A stretch of 62,624 nucleotides of DNA, counting the filler, from Rhabdomonas costata (lineage: Eukaryota), in NCBI GenBank assembly GCA_019059605.1. It is 43 parts of 43 records of this genome, joined end to end, with 100 filler letters (N's around TTAATTAATTAA, not from the genome) between each part and the next. Parts side by side here need not be neighbours in the genome. Positions count along the whole stretch, not along the records: positions 24,801 to 26,161 come from JAHMHO010018291.1; positions 26,262 to 27,619 come from JAHMHO010018292.1; positions 27,720 to 29,078 come from JAHMHO010018293.1; positions 29,179 to 30,537 come from JAHMHO010018294.1; positions 30,638 to 31,997 come from JAHMHO010018295.1; positions 32,098 to 33,456 come from JAHMHO010018296.1; positions 33,557 to 34,917 come from JAHMHO010018297.1; positions 35,018 to 36,375 come from JAHMHO010018298.1; 35 more parts are not named here. The stretch is one strand, 5' to 3'. The translations under genes and the position numbers were made by a program. Below are positions 24,836 through 36,594 of this stretch, piece after piece (position 1 is the stretch's first letter; each line of letters begins with the position of its first letter). The notes under the pieces are model-generated. The model saw only the letters and a program-made list of their open reading frames with translations. It ran no database searches and was not told where the DNA came from.

Positions 24836-25081
24836 CCAGGAGGTGGGCTCCCAGTGCAGGCTGGGCCAAACCAGCCTCCAGCAGGGTCACCACAGAGGAG
24901 TGCAGGAGATTGTTCATCTCAAACCTCAGGAACAGCGCCAGCGCGGCCGCGATCACCCCCGAGGCCACCACCGCGGTGGCCACCCCGGGGTCCCCGGCCT
25001 GCACCAGAGCCGCCACGAGCTGTACCGTGCACAGCCTAAGCGAGGGAATCCCACCATATAGGCCAACCCATCACATACACG

Positions 25082-25114
<33 letters not shown>

Positions 25115-26111
25115 AGATTGGTATCACCCACCCACGTTCTCACGCACAGCCGCATTTTTTATGGTGGAGGTGCCCTCGACGAGGACGTTGCCGTTGATTG
25201 AGGCAAGGCCGTGAGTATGTTTCAGATTTGCCTCACAGTCCATCCAACCACGCGCTTGCTCAGATGCTCACACCCGCACTCCCTCTCTCACTGCCAATAT
25301 GAGCACTCCTCTTGCAACAGAAACTCCCCGCACCATTTCGCAGCCCTCGTGGAAACCTGCCTGCGGGCTTCGACCCGCACGCCCCCTCCCCTCCCGCGCT
25401 TCCACGCGTGTGAGTGGAGTGCTTGTGCGGTTCCATGCTGTCGCGATTGAGGGGGGCGGATGGGGAAGCGGACGGGACCTTGACAGCGGGGGAGCGTACC
25501 TGGCCACGCCAAGGGGCTCCTCCAGGACGTACGTCGGGCCCTCAACGGGGACCACGCTGCTGGGCTTCTGCTGCAGCACAGAGGTCAGCACAGGCAGCCG
25601 CGCGGAAAGCTGCGGCAGGAACTGCGCCTGCGCCGCGGACGAAGCAGGGCAGGAACGGGGGGGGGGCAAACGCCAAATCAAAAGGTACTTAGCAAAAGAG
25701 AAGGTCCATTGGGCACGAGCTGGAAACAGTGGTGTGCGGTGAGGTACGATGGTTTGGCGAAAATGTGGAGCGGGTTATGGCACGCCACGAGCAGGTGTCC
25801 AGGGCAGGAAGCCCCACTACCCACTACGTGCTCAAGGCATTACTTTGATGGGGGCAGAGAGGTGTGGATCACCATCTGCTGCTGGGCAAGTCGTTCTTTG
25901 GAATCCTCAATGGCGCATGGCGCGAATGCTTTCCCCCCTCCCCCAGCCACACAAGGGAGGGCTTTTTGCAGACCTTCACGGCGGCGAGGGCCTCGGGGGA
26001 CTCCCTCTCCGTTAGAGTGGTCCGAGTGGCGTGCTCCACGGCGCTGACCAGGAAGCCTACGGCCTCGGCGTAGAGCGTGACCAGCTCTTGCGAGTCCGCC
26101 ACCTCAGCGGT
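24836..26111 (-). CDS. SIT4/PP6 phosphatase-associated (SAPS domain) protein, exons 26111-25974, 25627-25500, 25035-24836
   Basis: EEPLGVAR|LCTVQLVAAL..ALFLRFEMNNLLHSSV matches SAPS motifs PLGxxRL and NNFLH; GT-AG. Confidence 0.82.
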
Positions 26112-26483
26112 CTGCCACACACATATACGTACCACAAAGACAGAGGGGCCCCACACCCCCCNNNNNNNNNNNNNNNNNNNNNNNNNNNNNNNNNNNNNNN
26201 NNNNNTTAATTAATTAANNNNNNNNNNNNNNNNNNNNNNNNNNNNNNNNNNNNNNNNNNNNGGTTTGTGTTCCCTCTTCCTCTTCCTCTTCCGCTTTCGC
26301 TTCCTCTTCCTTTGTCACACGAGGCTGTGTGGGATGAGCATTTTAATTGTTGTGGGCAAAGGGAAAATCGCGTCCGCGTGAATTCTCCGTTCTTTTTGGA
26401 AACGCGGACAGCGAGTCGGCCCACTGCAGTCCCCAACACTTACACAGGAACTCGCACCGCAGCTCTCTCCTCTTGCTCTCTCA

Positions 26484-26487
<4 letters not shown>

Positions 26488-26517
<30 letters not shown>
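26488..26517. repeat. (CT)n microsatellite
   Basis: Run of ctctct... of about 30 nt. Confidence 0.9.
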
Positions 26518-26520
<3 letters not shown>

Positions 26521-28280
26521 ATGTGCCACTATGCCTGGCCTGCGTGATGATGCTTTTTTTTTGCCTATCTTCATTTGTTGTAGGCCCTGTATACTCCGTA
26601 CTCATTACATACGCATTTTGTTTTGTTTCCCCAGTTGCGGCCAATGCTCGGCCTTGAGAAGAAATAGGAATGGCTTCCTCTACCTGCATTACAGTCTTTG
26701 TTGGGCAATGGGTTTGGCTCTTTCCGTCATGCTTCCTTCGCACCTCCCTGATCTTCTTCAGCTCCCGCCTTCTCCCGTCTCACACTCACTCCTTACTCGG
26801 TTTCTACATTTTCGTTTCTCTGCGCTGGTTGTTTCACTCTGCTATCCCTTCTAATCACACTTCTCAGCGCCAAGAAATGCCTCCGCCTTTCTTACTTTGA
26901 CTTGTGCTGCGCCTGCTCTCTATTTGTGTGCACATCACCGCGTGCGCTACTTTTTTTTTTTGAAATTGCTACTGGGATTGGGATTGGGGGACCATTCCTC
27001 GTGTGCGCCTGCTCCCACAACGCCGGCTTGATCTGTCTGGAAGAGGCAGTGCTGTTTGTGTTTGAGTTCGTGCCGGTTTGGAAATTTCTCGGTATGGAAA
27101 CAAAGGTTTCGCAAAATGAATGGGAAGGTTCATTCAGTTTTATTAGGAACAAACTTTTTATTGACCACCACAACACCTTGGTGCTTCGTCGCCTTTACGA
27201 CGGGAGTGAATCTGAAATGCATAGCGTGGGTGGCATTGTTATTCGTTATCATTTCTCATCCCACATTTCTCGTTTAAAAGATTGGCTGCAGCATTCCACA
27301 TGCATGTAATTGGGCTTTTTGCCGTTGAAGAGGAGAGAGCTTTTTTCGGTTTTCCATGCGGTTGCCTTTTTGAAGGAAGGTACGCGACGAACCACCATAT
27401 CCGGTGATGCACCTTCCCATTCCAACGCACCTCACTTGAACGGAAATCCCAGTTTCCAGGCAAAAGTATCATCCATTTAATGTAGCTTTCCAGAGAAAAC
27501 CAGTGACTATTCTACTCTTTTCTAATTTCCTCCCACCTTCGAAAAGTTGTTTCGTTTCTTTTTTGTTTTGCTTCGGCCAAACACATGCAGCAGACCGGCT
27601 TCCCCACTACACCCCCACCNNNNNNNNNNNNNNNNNNNNNNNNNNNNNNNNNNNNNNNNNNNNTTAATTAATTAANNNNNNNNNNNNNNNNNNNNNNNNN
27701 NNNNNNNNNNNNNNNNNNNGTTGTGTTGTGTATTCTCATATCCTCGTTTACCGGCCTCCCGACCAGGGTTGGTAATTTTAAAACCAAGTGTTCAGCTGAG
27801 CTGAGTAGTGGCACTACTCACGCTGAATTTCACACCACGCGGTGCAATTGTGGCCTGTTGTGCTTTCTTGTGCACTTAGGAGGGAGAAGAAAAGACAATA
27901 CATGGAACCAGGAATCGCTGTCGTGGGCCGTGGGGTGCATGCTTCATGCTGTTCAGCTCTTCCTCAACAGCAGGAAGGAGAGGCTCCCATCAACAGAAGA
28001 GGCCCGGGCAGCTTTTTTTTTGCCAGTGGTACCACCTAGCCTTCGAGAACTCGGGCCCGACCAATTCTGCTGGACAGCTCATCCACACTAACCTGGGGTA
28101 GGCCAAAGCATCAGGTCTTGAAACACTTCGACTGCTGCTCGCGAAATGAAGCGGACTGCTGCGGATGAATACTAAACAAAACAAATACCGTTTTACGCCC
28201 TGGTTTTTTTTTTTTGTTATTAAGACGGTATGTGGCGGATTGGTGGAAGAGCTTTTCGTTTTGCCGCTGGGGCACCACAG

Positions 28281-28421
28281 GGCACGGCGAAGGCCAGCGG
28301 GTGGTCGCTGGTGGCGGACGACGTGGTGGACTCCATCCTGGGGCCCCGGCTGCGGCTGCAGGACGGGCTGTTATTCCGCTCCGCAGACAAGTCCACAACA
28401 GTGACCATTCGCAGCATCGAG
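28281..28421 (+). CDS. Orphan exon, hypothetical protein
   Basis: cag|GTAKASGWSLVADDVVDSILGPRLRLQDGLLFRSADKSTTVTIRSIE|gtcagc; GC3-rich codons, phase 0-0. Confidence 0.5.
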
Positions 28422-29178
28422 GTCAGCGAGCAACCCCTCCCCCTACCCGCTAATTCTCTGTCTCCTGGTTTTCCTTTCTCCCTCTCCTTCTCTCTTCGGT
28501 GCCAAGGAGCCTGTGACCTGGAACATATTTCGGTTGTGGTAAAGAGCTGCCACAGGGCTAGTCACAAACCTTGCGATGCTGTTTAAAAGTGTTGAAATGA
28601 GGACAGATCACAGGCACATACGCCTGCACAAACGGGGTGACAACGGAGTGTCACACTGCCACCACGCCGTCGCCCTGAAAACAATAGTGTACAAACCTGC
28701 AACATCACACTAAGTCGAGTGTCCGCATTCAGGCGTATTGTACAAAATCTGAATCACTACCTGACCAAATTTGCAAGAAAAAACCGGGAAGCTGAAATTC
28801 TTTTGAAAATTTTTATTTATCCGCAGGGAGACAGCGCGTTCACGTTTTGCGGAGTCGGACTGTGAAGCCAAAATCACACATCTTCTTCCTCTTCTTTTTG
28901 TTCTGAATCTTCTTTTACGAATCTTTCAACTTTCCTCGGAGCCCTACTGCCCCGGGATGGTGAGAAGTGGTTTGCCTACAGTGCGGTGGGCGTAATTAGG
29001 TCCGTACTGTTGTCGAATGACGATTTTGCTGCGCTTCTGCATTTTTGGTTTATAAAAAATTACCGTTTTAGTTCAAAANNNNNNNNNNNNNNNNNNNNNN
29101 NNNNNNNNNNNNNNNNNNNNNNTTAATTAATTAANNNNNNNNNNNNNNNNNNNNNNNNNNNNNNNNNNNNNNNNNNNN

Positions 29179-29640
29179 TTTTTCGAGGCAGATAACAGAA
29201 CTTGATAGTTCAGTAGAATATCATCTTGCACCAGAAGTCATCACAGGATGTGAGCCGATAACAACTGCGATAGACATTTGGGGAATTGCGCTGTTCGTCA
29301 TCCAGATGAAAAATGCGGTGACAGGTCCTGTGTAACCCGGCAATATCAAGTCTGTCAGCCATTTCTGAAACGGGCCACGCGCATCCAGATGATCGAGGCG
29401 CTTGAGGAAGTCACGGATGACATCTCTGAAGTGCTGGTCGCTCAAATGGGTTCGATTTATGAGCTAATTCACCAGAAATAAAATGCGAGAATGTCTCGAC
29501 AAGATGTTCGGCAGATGCATCCGTTGAACAACTTTCTGGACAATCTCTTCGATCTGCTGATGCAGATGTTGATGCTTGACCCGACGGCAAGACCAAGTGC
29601 ACAGGCGGTGCTTGCAAATCCGGTGTTTCAAGACCTATAA
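29179..29640 (+). pseudogene. Degenerate Ser/Thr protein kinase C-lobe (subdomains VIII-XI)
   Basis: HLAPEVITGCEPITTAIDIWGIA in one frame; FDLLMQMLMLDPTARPSAQAVLANPVFQDL* in another; a frameshift and an in-frame TAA lie between. Confidence 0.7.
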
Positions 29641-29965
29641 GAAGCGACGAATGCTTAACTCTGAATATGTCGAGATCGACTTGAAGCTTTTTGTTGTTTC
29701 TGGGGACGGATGAGTTCCTGGCTATGGGTGTGTTCTCGTTAGAGTGTACTCTTGCTACTTGGCATTATATCAGCTACAGGTATGTACCTGTTGCGGTGTG
29801 TACTGTGTTTTTTTTAGTAGTTAGTAAAAGCCTTCGGCACGTATTTTTACTTTCTTGCATTTTTATAAGAAAATAAAAATATGTGTCTTAATTCTTTTAT
29901 TTTTTTTGTAGAAAAAAATAAAATATATATTTGGCATTACTTAAGAATTGTACCCACGGCCAGAA

Positions 29966-30024
29966 ACCCTGACCCTAACCCTAACCGTATCCCTCACCCT
30001 AACCCTAACCCATACCCTAACCCC
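29966..30024. repeat. Degenerate interstitial telomere-like (CCCTAA)n
   Basis: aaccctgaccctaaccctaaccgtatccctcaccctaaccctaacccataccctaacccc; a similar short tract lies at 15285-15307. Confidence 0.8.
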
Positions 30025-30348
30025 AAAAGTAACGCCAAAGAAGCCAATAAACACATGTCACTGAAAGTAGCCGTCTCGGATGTGCTCACATTTCCAAAAG
30101 ATCATAAAGCGATTGCATCTCAAAGAACAACCTGAAGACAGAGGTGGGTACAATTCTAAAGTAACGCCATATATTTTTTCTATAACACAAATTATTTACT
30201 CTGCAATATTTAATTTAAATAGCATTTTATTCAATATTATTTGTTTCATAAAATTATTACATTATCTATTTGTTTTTCCATGTCATAAATCGTATTCTGT
30301 AAATTAGTACAATATTCTACGATTTCTTTTTGTTCTAGAGTTCGTATT

Positions 30349-30528
30349 GGTACATAGATATTCATTAGATATTCTTTTGAAATATGTTATTGTTGAACCA
30401 ACAACATCTTTTTCCAATACAGATTTACTTATAACTAAATAGTAATAAATAAATCTGTATTGGAAAAAGATGTTGTTGGTTCAACAATAACATATTTCAA
30501 AAGAATATCTAATGAATATCTATGTACC
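30349..30528. repeat. Perfect 79-bp AT-rich inverted repeat at a contig end (30349-30427 / 30450-30528)
   Basis: Arms are exact reverse complements around a 22-nt loop. Confidence 0.95.
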
Positions 30529-30873
30529 GACACACACNNNNNNNNNNNNNNNNNNNNNNNNNNNNNNNNNNNNNNNNNNNNTTAATTAATTAANNNNNNN
30601 NNNNNNNNNNNNNNNNNNNNNNNNNNNNNNNNNNNNNGATAAGTGAAAGAAATGCTTGGGATTCAACGTCATTGTTCCCTCTTTGAAATGAAAAAGGGAT
30701 ACGCTGGGCTAGCTCACCATCCCCGCCTCCACCACCATCACACGCCTATCCCCCTGTAACTAAGCTGGCCTCACGTTTTTATGCACACACACCCTTTGCG
30801 AATCAAGACTATACAGGCAACCACACCAGCCCGCCCCAATTTTTTCTCCCATTCCATCCAACCATCTGACCAG

Positions 30874-31694
30874 GTGGACTGGAGCTCAGGGAAGGCCAAG
30901 GTGTTCCCCAGCTCTGCCGTGGCTCAGATACTGCAGCTCCAAACGGGTCCTCAGCTGGGCCTCCTCGCCGTGCTCAGCGGCAACGACGAGACGGACCGGC
31001 TGGCCACCGCCCAGCCCAACGCGCACTGGTTGCGCAAGCGGTTTCCCACGGAGAGTACCCGCCCAGCGCAGGCCGCGGCCTTCCTCCGGGAGCGGCTCGC
31101 TCAGCTCGGGCTTTCCCGCGAAGCGTGGCCCTCGAAGAAGCAGATGGAGGACATCATTCAGCCATGGCCCTTCCAACCCTCAGAGATCACTGAAGTGCTG
31201 TACCAGAGTCTCCAGCGCTATCGTGGGTGCGCTAGGGAATTGGACCGGAACCAAGAGCCTTCCCTCCAAGAGCTGTGGCTGCCAACTACCGTGATGCGGG
31301 TTGGGATGGACGACCAGCTACTGGGGTGTGCCCTGCACGGGGGGTATGTTTTCAGTGTGTTTGCGGAAGACCCCTCCCAGAGTTCCCCATGGGCCCTTAC
31401 CGCTCCGCTGCGGCAGTGGTTATATGCCCGTCTGGCGGAGCAGATCCAGGGCAGTGTTCTGGGCCGGGATCCACGGTCTGTGAGAATTCGGGAGTGGATC
31501 TGCGGGGCCTGGTCGGAGATACCCCTCCCCACTGCACCGGGGACACCACCGCCAATATTGCTCACGGTTCGTGGGGTCGTGGAGGAGCTGTTGGGCATCA
31601 GTGGGCTCCCTGCCAGCTTGGCCGAACAGGTCATGAGCTGCCAGCCTTCGTGGCAACTGCCTGCGGCCGCGTTGGTTCTGGCCACTTTTTGGAG
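30874..31694 (+). CDS. Asteroid/FAM120-like PIN-domain (XPG-related) protein, large internal exon
   Basis: LLAVLSGND (H3TH-type motif), EDPSQSSPWALTAPLRQWLYARL and VRIREW match ASTE1/FAM120 blocks; cag and gt boundaries inside ORF 30781-31761. Confidence 0.7.
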
Positions 31695-33050
31695 GTGTGG
31701 GTGGGTGCGCGCATGTGCGGTGCGTGGTGACACAGGAGAAAAACTTGAAGGTGAAACTTGAGAAGCACTCTCCGTCGTAATTTACTGGCTTCTTTTTAAT
31801 TAACTGGATTCTTTTTAATTAGCTTGGATGTCTGACAGGCAAAACTGCCAACCAGCCCTATCTACGTGCCGTGTTGTGTATCGCTCGAATTCGAAGGTGG
31901 ATGAGGATGGTGAGTTACTATTTATGAGCCGGTTGCCTGGGCCCCCTTTCACGTCAGGTATGCTTTTTGCGCGTACGTTGTGTATAAACCCTCCACANNN
32001 NNNNNNNNNNNNNNNNNNNNNNNNNNNNNNNNNNNNNNNNNTTAATTAATTAANNNNNNNNNNNNNNNNNNNNNNNNNNNNNNNNNNNNNNNNNNNNTGT
32101 AGTAGTAGCAGTAATAATTGAAACTAATCTACTTCTACACCGCCAAGCTCTCCTGTATTCACTCACTAATCTGTTTCCGCAGCTGCACGCTTTTCTCTGT
32201 TTGTGCTCTGAGTGGTTCCTTTTTGAGGAGTGGGAAGAATTTCACCCAAGAGGGCGTGGCCCTTCACGCCCCCCCCCTCCGACGTAATCCTTGTCTCCTT
32301 CTTCCGTTCCTTTCCGAGCTTTTTCCGAGGCACCCATCATGGCTTACAACAGGTCGCTCTTTGCTCTTCCTCTTTCGAGTTTTTTTCTTCGCATTCTTTC
32401 CCGTTGAATGGAGGTTAAGCTGGTATCTCTCTTGTATCTGACGGCAGAAGATAACGGAAGTCTAAGTCCGCAACGTTTGGCGGGTGGGACTGGTGAGCGC
32501 TTCAGCGATGTGTCACTACTTCCTTCCACCACATGCTGCAGCAAAGGACATCGAGCAGAAACAAGTTAGCGCTTTGGTATTTTCTTTCCCGTTGCCAGGT
32601 TTACTAGCTCCAATGTCGAGCTGCTGTCTGAGGAGAAGAATTCCATCCGGCATAGGTGTGACTTGGGGGAAGCGGGACATGCATGCACGCTATACAGGTT
32701 TGCACGGCATGCTGCCGCCCACCGTGCGCAGCTCGGACGGTTGAATTGTGTGCGAAAAACAAGAAAGCAAATATTCGGGTCTTCTGGAACTCTGTCAGCA
32801 AAACAGAATCCTCAATGAAAGCAACAGGAAGGTGCGGTAGGCTGTCGGTTTATCCCCTTGGTCCACACACAAGAAGAATAACATATAGGCCGCGCAATCA
32901 TGCTCATCTGAATTCTAATCCTTGTCATCTACACCGCCTTTAGGCGAGAGCTCTTCAGTGTCCACCTCGCGGTTCTGTCTGAGCAGTCTTGATGCCCCCC
33001 ACTCCCCCATCCCCTGCCACTCCGATGCATCCATAAACTTTGCCTTCTTG

Positions 33051-33143
33051 CAGCCACCGACAGCTCGATGAGATCTCAGGTATGGGCACTGCAGTGATGG
33101 AGGCGCTGCGGTCACAGCGGGAGCGGATGGAGGGCAGCGACAG
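33051..33143 (+). CDS. Qb-SNARE motif exon (membrin/GOSR2/Bos1-like)
   Basis: HRQLDEISGMGTAVMEALRSQRERMEG with zero-layer Q; ttcttgcag / gtctcc boundaries. Confidence 0.65.
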
Positions 33144-33566
33144 GTCTCCACCCCCATCCCCACCCCCACTCCCTCCAGGGGAGACAGGGGAGGGCCCGCC
33201 TTGGCGTGGGCTGGAGGCGTCCCCATAGTGCCCCAGGGTGGAGGCACCCAGGCACTCACAGAGATGCCGGAAGAGCGCGGAATACACCCTCATGGATTCC
33301 CCCGATCCCAGAGCAAACCTGAGACCAGCAGACACGGATCATCGCTTCCCAACGGCAGAAGGAGCACGAAGCCAAGGTCAATGTCCCAGCGTCAAGAGTA
33401 TTCCTCACCAAACAGCGGCACACAGGGGAAAACAGCATTATGCATAAAGGCGAAACNNNNNNNNNNNNNNNNNNNNNNNNNNNNNNNNNNNNNNNNNNNN
33501 TTAATTAATTAANNNNNNNNNNNNNNNNNNNNNNNNNNNNNNNNNNNNNNNNNNNNGGGGTTTGGG

Positions 33567-33602
33567 GTGATGTGATGTGATGTGATGTGATGTGATGTGA
33601 TG
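33567..33602. repeat. (GTGAT)n pentanucleotide repeat
   Basis: About 7 tandem copies. Confidence 0.9.
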
Positions 33603-34145
33603 CGAGGCACACCTGCAAGTGCCTTTCCCACAGCCTTGAGTACGTGACGGACTCAGCCCGGACCATTGTGTCCAACCGATCAGCTGGTACTGTTTCCTCT
33701 CCTTTTGACTTCAATCCAATCGCGATTTACGTGTGAGCATGGCGACCGTTGATCTCACCGAGTTATGCAGCGAACTTTTCAGCTTGCATACTGCAACACG
33801 TTCATAGAGGGTAGTATATGCAGTCATAAGGTTGCCAGGATCCTTCCAAAAGCGCAATTCTGAGCACCCAATTCAAGATTACGGACATCCGATGCATAGC
33901 GATGCAGAAGCGAGCCGGCGAAATAAAGAGTTGGAATAAAGAAAGGCACCTCTAGCCTGGCCGAGCCGCTGCGGCGGGCGGCGTTCCAGTGGATCAGAAG
34001 GGCTGCCGTGTCAATATTCGCAATTGTTCCTCGGGAGGCCCCAACAACACTGTGGAGCTGAGCAAAAGAAAAGCCACCGGATACTACCTCGCAGGTCGTG
34101 GTGCAGATCAAACGGAGGCAAATGAAGGCAGCGGCATGGTATGAC

Positions 34146-34597
34146 ATGCCCCGCGAGAGGTTTGGTGAAGAATGACCTCTCGCGGATCAGGGTGAACGCC
34201 TGACATTGATGAACACGCACACAAACACACACTCAGGCAGGAACACGATTATAATAATGTTCGCTTGACATCAGTGGGCAACGCTTCCCGATCACTCCAC
34301 AGACCAGCCCATTGCCATTCGCTACGGTCAAACCATCAGACGGCTTGGGTGAGACTCAGACGCTGCACCGTTCTTGGGCATCCAGAAGGGCAGCAAACAG
34401 CGGAATCCCGATTACGTACCGAGCCTCAGGTTAAAACCTCAGAAACTAGCGGGAACAAGGGGGATGAGTGTTTCCTATTATCTAAGTGACCACACGCACA
34501 CCTTCGAAAAGAAGTCGTTGAAGGCATGAACAGCGTCGCTCGCGTCGGCCTTCATCATATCCGCGAAGTTCGACAAGCACACCAGCATCACGGTGAT
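34146..34597 (-). CDS. Divergent class III nucleotide cyclase-like exons (34597-34502, 34199-~34146)
   Basis: ITVMLVCLSNFADMMKADASDAVHAFNDFFSK|AFTLIRE.. parallels VTVLFADIVGFT...LNEFFS; GT-AG. Confidence 0.45.
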
Positions 34598-35017
34598 CTG
34601 CCAACGAGTCCAGGTAAAACACAGGGAGGAAGGGACCTGGCGCTTTCTTTTCCGCAAGGCACTCATTCCACACCCCGTTCGTTTGCAAACACGGCCCAAA
34701 AATAATGAGTGCTGGCAAATCGTCACAGCACTGCTGCTGCAGGATTCAGCGGTGGCAGGACATAACGTAAACAGTGAGGCAAAGAGAAGAATGCCATCCG
34801 ACGGAAGAGCAGAATCGATTCACATGAAACGAAATAGAACTAAAGTAGTAGTCGGGAAGTTGTAGGAGAAAGTAAGGAAAAGAAGCCAGGGAATTGGTAG
34901 ATTCCTCCCCCAACAACNNNNNNNNNNNNNNNNNNNNNNNNNNNNNNNNNNNNNNNNNNNNTTAATTAATTAANNNNNNNNNNNNNNNNNNNNNNNNNNN
35001 NNNNNNNNNNNNNNNNN

Positions 35018-35104
35018 AGGAAGCATCTCCTTTCCAAGGCACACCGCTTCTCAAAAAACTATGAATTTTGAGAAGCGGTGTGCTTTGGGAAGGAGATGCT
35101 TCCT
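35018..35104. repeat. 39-bp hairpin with two G.T wobble positions
   Basis: Arms 35018-35056 / 35066-35104, 9-nt loop. Confidence 0.92.
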
Positions 35105-36594
35105 GGACTACCGAGGCAGTTGCAGAGGTAAGCAGCTGAAACCTGAACGACTGAAACTCCCTCACAGAAAAAAACGCGCGCCCCCTAGAGGGCGACCCGG
35201 AGGGAGACGCCACCATGGGGATTGCTGAAAATCCTTGAACTCATATTCTTCCCACATTGCAAAGAAGGTTGAAGAGAGACAAAGGCGACAGCAACCTGGT
35301 GCATCCTTCCACGAAACAGACGCGTGATTGCAATTCTTATGTTAACCAATTTGCAAAGTTTGCAAAACCGAACGCGAAACGTATTTAAAACGTTTTAAAA
35401 AAATTTAAATTAGCGTCTTTTAAATAAAATGATTGGGTTTTCTTGCCTGCGAGGGAAAAAGCACGCTTGCGGATATTATTACGCCGAACCCTCCCTCTGT
35501 TGGTCTACTGGTCACCTGCATTGTGCTATTTTACATAGTAAAGGTTTGGGTCCAATTTTTCTTCCTGTTTAGTCTCCCCATACATCGGCGATGGCCTGGC
35601 GGCAATTGCCCACTGAACAGCAAACAACACGTACGGAACAAGAAAGAGATGAGAATTCGGAAGGTACGCCAACAGGTAGAGAGCTCAAACGGCGGGAAAG
35701 CACCCTCCTGGATGGAGTAAGAGTAAATGGGAGGGGGACTTCAGCAACGACTGGTGTGTGCGCGGGATGCGGGAAGAAAGATTCAATGGGGTGCCACGTA
35801 TAGCAAGGGTGACAAAGGCGGTGTGGACGTTGGGGAAAACAAAAACCACGGGGACCGACGGAGCCGGTCTGATGGCACTAATGTACAGGGTCGTAACAAA
35901 AAGGGGCAAAAAGTAGAGCGCAGTGTGTACGGGAGACAAACGTAAGGAAAGAAGGAGGCGGAGAACAAAGGATGCCAGCTGAAAGAGTACGTGTAAGCGC
36001 TGGGAGGGGGGGAACATGGCCTATCCGGCAGAGCCGGCCTAGCATTCACAACCAGAGGTACCCATCAAGCCTTCCAGAAGAGCGTCAGAAGAGCATTCCA
36101 TGCGGAAACGGTCCCGAGGGGTCGCTTGAGTGCCCACGACACTCGTGAGTGCTCAGCCACTTGTTGACTCCAAGAGCCACGGCTAAACCAGCTTGCAAGC
36201 ACCCAAGAGCGGAGAATGAGAAGGCCTGTCTGTGGGCAGTCTCTCTGCAAAACGGAAAAACGCACAGGCGAAAAAAGACCGGGAATGCTTCTCACCTTCA
36301 CTTGCCTCTTCGCATCGTGTCGTCGCGGTCGCCGCACAAACAAAAACACCTTTCTCCGGGCCCATATGCCTCGCGNNNNNNNNNNNNNNNNNNNNNNNNN
36401 NNNNNNNNNNNNNNNNNNNTTAATTAATTAANNNNNNNNNNNNNNNNNNNNNNNNNNNNNNNNNNNNNNNNNNNNGGGTGTTGGTTCCCACCGCTACGAA
36501 AGCGCGACAGGTGGGAGGTACTTTTGACTGCTTGGAGGACGTGCGGGGAGCTGAGGTAGAAGGTCTGGGAAGTCCGGGGGTGCTGGTGGTGCAG

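Noticed and set aside
29325-29481. Alternative genetic code (TAA read-through)
   Set aside because: All other conserved exons are stop-free in the standard code, and this locus also needs a frameshift.
35730-35920. KAVWTLGKTKTTGTDG resembling the LINE KAPGPDG motif
   Set aside because: No further RT motifs follow; too weak to call.
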